64,000 nt of DNA from positions 288,001-352,000 of the forward strand of contig CBDATS010000015.1 of NCBI GenBank assembly GCA_965200245.1. The letters run 5' to 3'. The notes under the pieces are model-generated. The model searched no databases, was not told where the DNA came from, and worked only from the letters and a program-made list of their open reading frames with translations. This document shows positions 57,172-64,000 of this stretch, one piece after another. The DNA is from a bacterium (GTDB lineage: Bacteria > UBA8248). Within the stretch, counting starts at the first letter, position 1. Every line of letters begins with the position of its first letter. The translations under genes and the position numbers were made by a program.

Positions 57172-57917
57172 GCGGTCTTTCGCGCATGAACACGAACCGA
57201 AACCACCGGACGAAACGGAGCATGACCGGAAATATCAATTTCACAAAACCCGGTGCTTGCCAAGAGGTATTCCCATTCGGTCTGTTCGCAAACACCACCG
57301 AGCGAAGCGTTCCACGCTTGGGGGTCCTGTGCAATCTCGGCGGGCAATTCGCCCTCGCGTATCAGTTCGCGGGCGATGAGACGGCCGCCCGGCTTTAATA
57401 TGCGGCACGCCTCGGCGAGCGCCTTTCGCTTGTCCACCGTGAGGTTGAACGAGGCATTGGCTAGCACCACGTCGGCGACGCCGTCCGTGAAGGGGAGGTT
57501 CTCCATGTCCCCGGCCAGCAGGTGCAGGCGCGCACTTTCACGAACTCCTCCGAACGCCTCACGCGCACGGTGAAGCATCTGGGGCGCGAAATCCAACGCG
57601 AATAGCCTGGCGCCGATACCGAGTCTCTCACTCACCAGGCGCGCGTCGAGCCCTGCGCCGCATCCCAGTTCAACGGCCGTGTGCACGCCCCTCAGATCGA
57701 CTTCTTCAAGCAGATAACCGCAACCACAATAAGAGGCCGAAACGCGCTCTGCAAGATCCGCGATAAACTCCGGCGGATAGCCTGCTTCCAGTGCCCTGCC
57801 TGCACCTCCTTCGGGAAACGCATGCGCCTCGGCCAGATGGGCGTAACGCTTTCTGACGAAAAGCTTGACCTGATCCTGCCATGCCCGCGGTTTCGCGCCG
57901 TGAATGTTTACAGGCAT
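57168..57917 (-). CDS. SAM-dependent methyltransferase, ArsM-like
   Basis: SYCGCG, ELGCGAGLD, GDMENLP and RILKPGGRL motifs. Confidence 0.85.
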   Translation of the reverse strand: MPVNIHGAKPRAWQDQVKLFVRKRYAHLAEAHAFPEGGAGRALEAGYPPEFIADLAERVSASYCGCGYLLEEVDLRGVHTAVELGCGAGLDARLVSERLGIGARLFALDFAPQMLHRAREAFGGVRESARLHLLAGDMENLPFTDGVADVVLANASFNLTVDKRKALAEACRILKPGGRLIARELIREGELPAEIAQDPQAWNASLGGVCEQTEWEYLLASTGFCEIDISGHAPFRPVVSVRVHARKTA

Positions 57918-57924
57918 GGCACGT

Positions 57925-58677
57925 CTAGTGGGGCATGTGGGCGGGATTCCAGAATTCCCCGCTTCGTACCATCCTGGCAATTCGCTCCCCGTGAGGCAGC
58001 CAGCCGTTCTCGTTTTTCTTCGCCTGTGTTTCGCAATCATATGCCACGCGCTTGATCTCGACGCGCCACCCGCCCCCTCCTTCGTATTCCACGACAGAAT
58101 AGGCGGGCCGGCAGTCGCCGTCCCAGTTCATGCCCACCGCGGCAGTGCACACCAGGGTCTGGCCATCGACTTCTCGGACATAGGGGCAGTGCACGTGGCC
58201 GAAAGCCATGATCTCCGCATCCGTTCCCCTGATCTTCTCCTTCACTTCTTCATCCGTGAACCTCAGGGGAATTGCGTCTTCGATATCGCCCGGCGTGGCA
58301 TGGAAGATGTGAAAATCATGTCCCTTCTCGGGCGTGATCGTCATCGACCACATGAGATTGTCCAGATAGTCGATCTGCTCGACGGAGAGGCGCTCTCGCG
58401 TCAGCCTCACCATTTCGTAGAGCCATATATGATGTTCGTTCTTGGGCGGGTCGGTCTCGTCCTTTCGCTTCGATACCCACCAGTCGAGATTCCCGGCAAG
58501 AACGTCCACATCCTTCCGCCCCACAAAACGTTCCACCACTTCGGCGGGTTCGGGTCCGAGCATCACCAGATCGCCGATGACGATCTCACGGTCTGCGTTT
58601 TCCTTTGCCACGGCTTCCTGAACGGCATCCAGAGGCGCAAGCTGAGCGTGGATGTCGGAATACAAAGCAATTTTCAC
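57925..58677 (-). CDS. Metallophosphoesterase (calcineurin-like, YfcE type)
   Basis: SDIH, GDLV, GNLD, FHATP and FGHVH motifs. Confidence 0.9.
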   Translation of the reverse strand: MKIALYSDIHAQLAPLDAVQEAVAKENADREIVIGDLVMLGPEPAEVVERFVGRKDVDVLAGNLDWWVSKRKDETDPPKNEHHIWLYEMVRLTRERLSVEQIDYLDNLMWSMTITPEKGHDFHIFHATPGDIEDAIPLRFTDEEVKEKIRGTDAEIMAFGHVHCPYVREVDGQTLVCTAAVGMNWDGDCRPAYSVVEYEGGGGWRVEIKRVAYDCETQAKKNENGWLPHGERIARMVRSGEFWNPAHMPH

Positions 58678-58709
58678 CTCACCATTCCTTTTCTGTCATG
58701 CAAAGAACA

Positions 58710-58740
58710 GGGCCGCCGCACCGTTAAAGCGCGGCGGCCC
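58710..58740 (-). terminator. Hairpin after the ABC SBP gene
   Basis: GGGCCGCCGC-N11-GCGGCGGCCC. Confidence 0.65.
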
Positions 58741-58763
58741 CGTATTCATGCAATAGCGAATAT

Positions 58764-59783
58764 CTAGATTTTGCCCGCCTTGGCGAGTGCGGCCTTCGTC
58801 ACGCTGGTGTCGACGATATCTTCATACGAGGGGGCCTTGCCCTTGATTTTGCCGAGGCGCTTCATGTAGTCCGCGGTGAAGGAAACCGAGGCTTTCGGAA
58901 TGCCGTTGTTCACGCCCCATATTTTCTCTGCCACGAAAACATCATAGGTTTTTGACATGATCGCAGGGTTTTTCTTATAGACGGGACGCACCCACTTCGT
59001 CGCCGACTTGAGGTACCCTTCCTTGTCCTTGTAGATCGATCGGGTGGACTGCATCATCGCCATGGCGAAGCGCACATAGGCGTCCTTGTTCGCCTTGATC
59101 TTCGACGACGGTGCAATGAACGCCCCGTAGAAGAAATTCGGCATGGCTTTCCAAAGGTCCATCAACTTGTTGAAATTGGGCTTTCTCTTCTTGACGACGA
59201 GAACCTGCTCAACGTGAATGACCACGGCATCGGCCTTTCCCTTGAGCAGGAACGGAACACGCGCCGGCGGTGGAGTCTTGATATATTTCACGTCCTTGTC
59301 ATCCAGACCGACGGTCGCCAGTACGGACAGCGCACCCAAGTGACTGTATCCGCCACGACCCTCGATACCAATGGTCTTGCCTTTGAGGTCGGCAGGCTTT
59401 TCCACCTTATCGTTCGCGGCCATCTGCGCCTCGTTCAGAAAGGCCATGGAGTGGAAGAACTTCATCCCGCTGCCCTTGGAGATACCCACCATCGCTATCG
59501 GGGCCGGCACCCAGGCGGCGTCCAGACCGCTCTTCTTGCTTGTTATCGCCCGGTGCGTGGCGACGCCGCCGCGGAAGAATTTAATCTCCACATCCAAGCC
59601 ATGCTTCTTGAAGATATCGTTGTCCAGCGCATAGAACACGGGCAGGTGCACCATCACCGGCGGACGCACTGGCATGCCAAGTATGATCTTGTCATTGGCG
59701 GCAGACTGCACAGGCGCAGTCCACGTCGCAGCGACGAGGGCAACAAAGAGTGCTGCTACCAACACCGTCCACTTCTTTTTCAT
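58764..59783 (-). CDS. NitT/TauT-family ABC substrate-binding protein
   Basis: Signal peptide; F.KHGLDVE and DLKGKTIG motifs. Confidence 0.88.
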   Translation of the reverse strand: MKKKWTVLVAALFVALVAATWTAPVQSAANDKIILGMPVRPPVMVHLPVFYALDNDIFKKHGLDVEIKFFRGGVATHRAITSKKSGLDAAWVPAPIAMVGISKGSGMKFFHSMAFLNEAQMAANDKVEKPADLKGKTIGIEGRGGYSHLGALSVLATVGLDDKDVKYIKTPPPARVPFLLKGKADAVVIHVEQVLVVKKRKPNFNKLMDLWKAMPNFFYGAFIAPSSKIKANKDAYVRFAMAMMQSTRSIYKDKEGYLKSATKWVRPVYKKNPAIMSKTYDVFVAEKIWGVNNGIPKASVSFTADYMKRLGKIKGKAPSYEDIVDTSVTKAALAKAGKI

Positions 59784-59838
59784 TTGAGACTCCTTAAAAA
59801 GAAAAGAAAATTCATGTTTCGACAAGACATCCGCACGA

Positions 59839-60663
59839 TCAGGATTCTTGCCGGACCCTCCAGGATGAAAACTTCGTTTCACACATGTTTACCACTTTCG
59901 TTAAAGCTATACCGACAATCATCAACAAGACAACAGGCGCGAGGCCCTTGTCCAGTTCGAGGTCCGCAATGTAGTCCTGGCTCAGCGCGCCGAGCCCGGA
60001 AATGCTCATCAGAAACTCCGCGACGACCATGCCCACCAAGGCGCGTCCGCAAGCGAGCCCGAGTCCCGCGACAAGATACGGGACCACGCTCGGGAAGATC
60101 AGATCCCGCCAGCGCTGGCTCTCCGTGGAGCAGAAAGAACGCGTCACCTCGAGAAGCGAGAGGTCCACGTTCCGCACACCGTGATATACGTTCACGATAA
60201 TCGGCATGATGGCGAAGAAAACGACGATCGTCGTCTTGCCGACGAAATCGACCCCCAGGACCATCGCTATCGGAAACGCCAGTGCGACCACGGGCGTGGC
60301 GTAGAGAGCGAACACGTAGGTGTCCACTGCATACTCGAATATCTGGAAACGCCCCATGAGAATCCCCAGCACAATCCCGGCCGGGATCGCGATCAAGAGA
60401 CCCGCCACCAAGATTTGGGAACTTTCATACCCGGCGGCCACCATCTTACCGCTGACGATCAGGTCCCAGAAGGCAATGGATATGGCGCTTGGGTAGCTGA
60501 AGGTAACGGGATCGATTTGTCCGAACTGGCCCATCAATTCCCACCCGCCGATGACCACAATGAGCGATATGAGGCGCACGTAGAAGGCGGGTTCCTTGAT
60601 TTGTTCCCAAAACGCCCTCTCATCCGTCGATACGCCGACTGCTGCCGGAGCGTCGGTAGCCAA
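59839..60663 (-). CDS. NitT/TauT-family ABC permease
   Basis: YATP..AL, N...GVRNVD and GMVVAEF motifs; AGGAGG RBS before TTG 60663. Confidence 0.88.
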   Translation of the reverse strand: MATDAPAAVGVSTDERAFWEQIKEPAFYVRLISLIVVIGGWELMGQFGQIDPVTFSYPSAISIAFWDLIVSGKMVAAGYESSQILVAGLLIAIPAGIVLGILMGRFQIFEYAVDTYVFALYATPVVALAFPIAMVLGVDFVGKTTIVVFFAIMPIIVNVYHGVRNVDLSLLEVTRSFCSTESQRWRDLIFPSVVPYLVAGLGLACGRALVGMVVAEFLMSISGLGALSQDYIADLELDKGLAPVVLLMIVGIALTKVVNMCETKFSSWRVRQES

Positions 60664-60682
60664 AGGTTGATACCTCCTGTTT

Positions 60683-61492
60683 TTATTCCAGGACGAGTTC
60701 GGGAATCGGATCGGGTTCTTCTTCGGGGTTGCGCATCGCCTCCCAGAGATAATGGCGCAACGCCTGAAAGCGTTTGCTCCCCCGGAGTTCCTCCAAATCC
60801 CTGCCGCGTCCGAAGCCTGTTTCAAACTTAAATCGTATTCTGCCCGGCCTGGGCGTCATTACCAGAACGCGGTCGCCCAGAAGCAGGGCCTCGTCGATGC
60901 TGTGGGTGATAAAAATCATCGCCTTGGGTTCCGCCTCGTTGATGCGCAGCAACTCCTCTTGCAGGGTTTCGCGGGTGAGAGCATCGAGAGCGCCGAAGGG
61001 CTCGTCCATGAGCAAGACGTCGGGCTGTGCGGCGAGCGCCCTCGCCAGGCCCGCCCTTTGCTGCATTCCACCCGATAACTGCGAGGGATAATTCGCCTCG
61101 AAACCACCCAGTCCCACCAGTTCCGTATAATGGCTCACGAGGCGGTCGATTTCGCTTTTCTCCTTGCCCTGTATCCTCAGCGCATACCCGATGTTCTGAT
61201 CCAGGCGCTTCCAGGGGAAGAGACCGAAATTCTGGAACACCATGGCCATCTCGGGCCTTGGACCTGTTACCGCCTCTCCCTTGAAGGAAACCTCTCCCCG
61301 CTCGCAAAGTATGAGTCCGTTCACGATGCGAAGAAGCGTCGTTTTCCCACACCCGCTGGGACCGAGGATCGTTAGAATCTCCTGCGTCTTCACGTCGATG
61401 TCGATACCGTCAAGCACCTTCAGGGAGCCGAACCACTTCCCGACTCCCTGAAGACGCAGCGTCGGGTCCGTGCCGTTGCCGGATGAGGGCAT
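60683..61492 (-). CDS. NitT/TauT-family ABC ATP-binding protein
   Basis: GPSGCGKT, LSGGMQQR, MDEPFGALD and THSIDEA motifs. Confidence 0.93.
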   Translation of the reverse strand: MPSSGNGTDPTLRLQGVGKWFGSLKVLDGIDIDVKTQEILTILGPSGCGKTTLLRIVNGLILCERGEVSFKGEAVTGPRPEMAMVFQNFGLFPWKRLDQNIGYALRIQGKEKSEIDRLVSHYTELVGLGGFEANYPSQLSGGMQQRAGLARALAAQPDVLLMDEPFGALDALTRETLQEELLRINEAEPKAMIFITHSIDEALLLGDRVLVMTPRPGRIRFKFETGFGRGRDLEELRGSKRFQALRHYLWEAMRNPEEEPDPIPELVLE

Positions 61493-61685
61493 GAACGCAA
61501 AATTCCTTTACCAAAGTGGGTGCATACGCAACGCTCGGATAGAGAAACGATTCACCGCATGAATGAGTGCCACATGACGGAAATATTATGATAGACGCGA
61601 TGCCCGCTCGCCATCCCGAAACGTCGAATAATTTTACGAGGTTAGCATCCTTTGGATAGGGCGGCAAATATACAGTTTTTCTCCC

Positions 61686-62078
61686 CTACTCCTCACCCAC
61701 AACGGCGATGGCTTGTATCTCGACCATCATCTCGGGTTTTGCAAAACCCGCCACCGTGATCAGTGCACTGCCCGGAAAACCATCCGGAAAATACTGTTTT
61801 CTCAGTTCGACGAACCTGTCTCCGTGCCGAACGTCGAGAGTGAACACCGTCATCGTCACGATGTCCTGCAACTTTCCTCCCACTCGCTCAAGCGTGCGTT
61901 CTATGTGCCGAAACGTGGCGTGCACCTGCGCATCGAAGTCTCCCGCCAGCACGTTACCCTCCTCGTCACGCCACATCCCTACGCCGGCCAGCCATACATG
62001 CTCGCCGCCTTTCGTCTTCACCGCAGGAGAAAAGGAACGCTCCTCCTGCCAGGTCCCCTTGAAATACTCGCGCGCCAT
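61686..62078 (-). CDS. RidA/YjgF-family protein
   Basis: FSPAV, P.SALI.V..FA and VEIQAIA motifs. Confidence 0.88.
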   Translation of the reverse strand: MAREYFKGTWQEERSFSPAVKTKGGEHVWLAGVGMWRDEEGNVLAGDFDAQVHATFRHIERTLERVGGKLQDIVTMTVFTLDVRHGDRFVELRKQYFPDGFPGSALITVAGFAKPEMMVEIQAIAVVGEE

Positions 62079-62099
62079 TTCATTTTCCTCCTCGGGTTA

Positions 62100-63296
62100 C
62101 TAGATTTCCTGTTTTCCCATCAAACGGGTCGACGCCGAAACACCCACCCAACTCATGATTGCGAAAAATATGTAGCTTGCATCCAGATTCATCGCCTCGG
62201 CGAGCCATCCTCCAATCAAGGGGGCGAGAAAATCGAGGCCGTGGCAGGCATAAATGAAACCGACCGATGAAGTCAAAATGTCTTTTTCCGAAAAATCCGC
62301 CGCCGCGGTCAGGATGATCGGGCTCACGAATCCCACGACGCCGGTCAGGGCCGCGAGGATGAAAAAGCCCGTCTGCCATTCCATGAAAGGCAGAACCATA
62401 ACGAAGCCCCCGAGCAACAGAAGAGGCCAGAACAAGGCCGCCCGCGCGCCCCATCGGTCGTAAAGGATACCCATCAGCGGCTTGGCCAACATGCCGAAAC
62501 CGAAATGAAGTGATACGGCCACACCGATCTGCTCCGTACTGAATCCCAGCTTGGAGGTTGCCAGCAGGGGGAGGAAGCCCACCGCTCCTTTCGTGCACAT
62601 ACTCCTGAAGGTGTAGATGATCGCCAGCCATACCGTGTTCCTGTTCTCGACGACACGTCGGATGATGCCGAAGAAGCTCAAATCTCCGGGGGCACCCGCT
62701 TTCCGTTCATGCCTTTCTTCGCGGAATCGGGCGCTCACCAAGGGCAGTAGCAGTGCCGCAGGAGCCGCACAAGCACCGATAGCTGCGCGCCAGCCGGCCA
62801 CCGCCGCTATGGCTCCCTGGGCCAGCGGGAAAACGCTCGTCCCGATATTTCCGCCCAAGCTGTGCCATGAAATGGCGAACGAGCGGTCACTCTCGAAACG
62901 GCGTGCCGTCAGGGCCGTTCCGCACGGGTGATAGACGGAATTTCCCACGCCCGCGAGAAACGACAGGACGCACATTTGCCAAAAATCGTACAACCAGAAA
63001 AGGAGGATGAAAGACATGGCAGAGAGACTCATGCCCATCACCAGAATCTGTTTTCTCCTGCCCGTATTGTCCGCCAGTATTGAAAGCGGGTATTGGAAAA
63101 TCATCGAGCCGAAGCTGAAGACGCTCAGGAGTGCGCCTGCTTCGAGGGGAGATAGGCCAATATCCAGGACGATCAGGGCAAGGACGGGTACGAGCATGTT
63201 CGAGAACCCGTCGCTCAACCCGTGCGTCAAGCCGATAATGCTCAGGTCGAAATAATCGCCGATTCTCCAGGCTGGTTTTTGCGCGCGCGAAGTCAT
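62100..63296 (-). CDS. MFS transporter
   Basis: TH..SD, LADNTGRR and GNSVYHP motifs; about 12 TM helices. Confidence 0.88.
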   Translation of the reverse strand: MTSRAQKPAWRIGDYFDLSIIGLTHGLSDGFSNMLVPVLALIVLDIGLSPLEAGALLSVFSFGSMIFQYPLSILADNTGRRKQILVMGMSLSAMSFILLFWLYDFWQMCVLSFLAGVGNSVYHPCGTALTARRFESDRSFAISWHSLGGNIGTSVFPLAQGAIAAVAGWRAAIGACAAPAALLLPLVSARFREERHERKAGAPGDLSFFGIIRRVVENRNTVWLAIIYTFRSMCTKGAVGFLPLLATSKLGFSTEQIGVAVSLHFGFGMLAKPLMGILYDRWGARAALFWPLLLLGGFVMVLPFMEWQTGFFILAALTGVVGFVSPIILTAAADFSEKDILTSSVGFIYACHGLDFLAPLIGGWLAEAMNLDASYIFFAIMSWVGVSASTRLMGKQEI

Positions 63297-64000
63297 GATG
63301 CGTGAGGCATGTCGCGCCAAGCGGAAATGAGCCCCCCACCGTCCGCCTCTACCACCGCGCGACAAATCGCATGACCGGCAACCAGGATCGCCGCCGCCCC
63401 GACTACATCGATCGCCACCTCCCGCTCCCCGCAGGAGAGAGCGAAAACCATGTCTCCATCCACCGATGAATAGGCGGGCCGTACCGTACGGATGAGTCCG
63501 TTTGCTGCCAACTGTGCGAGTTTGTGTGTTTCGGGTTTCGTGAGGCGAACATTCGTTGCCACGGCCACGAGCGTCGTGTTCTCGGAAGCGTCGGAAAATC
63601 CCTCGAAAGGTCTTCCGTGAATTCTCAGGTGCTCTTCCGTATCCACAATTCCCTGCCCGGGGAACATCGCCCTGGGTCCCGCAACGGGTTTCCCCGTCCC
63701 CGGTTCATATACGCCGCCAAAGGCGTTCACCGCAGCTACCGCTCCAACTATGCCGCCCCCCGGCAACTTCACACTTGCGGTTCCGAGGCCGCCCTTCATA
63801 GCGCGTTCCTGGCCGAACAATTTCCCCACCGTAGCGCCCGCGCCCGCACCCACGCTACCCTGTGGGCCTTCCTCGTTCGAGGCGGATTCACATGCGGTGC
63901 GCCCCATCGCGGCGTCGGGACGAATGCGCCCGTCACCGAAATGGAGATCGAACAAAACGCCGGCGGCGACCGTGGGTACGTTGAAGCGCCCGGTTGGGAA
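63293..64000 (-). CDS. P1/S58 (DmpA-like) peptidase, 5' truncated by window
   Basis: GSVGAGAGATVGK, KGGLG, NAFG, NTTL and DGD.VF motifs. Confidence 0.88.
   Translation of the reverse strand, partial: FPTGRFNVPTVAAGVLFDLHFGDGRIRPDAAMGRTACESASNEEGPQGSVGAGAGATVGKLFGQERAMKGGLGTASVKLPGGGIVGAVAAVNAFGGVYEPGTGKPVAGPRAMFPGQGIVDTEEHLRIHGRPFEGFSDASENTTLVAVATNVRLTKPETHKLAQLAANGLIRTVRPAYSSVDGDMVFALSCGEREVAIDVVGAAAILVAGHAICRAVVEADGGGLISAWRDMPHAS

Noticed and set aside
1-64000. CRISPR array, rRNA, intact transposase or prophage
   Set aside because: No regularly spaced repeats, rRNA-like sequence, or transposase/phage protein motifs were seen.

Overview
Bacterial chromosomal window of about 58 genes. It carries housekeeping genes (secA, lgt, moeA/mobA, glnE, pckA, tRNA-Gly) and many catabolic and transport genes: a Fe3+ ABC system with a DtxR-family regulator, a TctABC transporter, a NitT/TauT ABC system, MFS transporters and several hydrolases. 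Main points of interest: (1) two dispersed, paralogous ~700-750 bp modules (28189-28936 and 52747-53436), each with an orphan NHLP-leader RiPP precursor whose short aromatic/acidic core differs, a shared upstream promoter/palindrome, a shared hairpin and a convergent GNAT gene (intact or decayed); the first module also holds a leaderless remnant of a third core. (2) A secreted DUF3179 protein split by an in-frame TGA in a UxxC motif with a SECIS-like hairpin, i.e. a probable selenoprotein, between degP and lgt. (3) A three-subunit oxalate-oxidoreductase-like enzyme with altered active-site residues. (4) An FGE-family protein with an inserted SH3b-like domain. (5) An ArsM-like methyltransferase lacking two As-binding cysteines. 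(6) Decay relics: a cyclase with an in-frame TAG, a methylase/Mrr tail with a G10 tract, and a mobile-element remnant. All family assignments come from motif recognition by eye; no searches were run.
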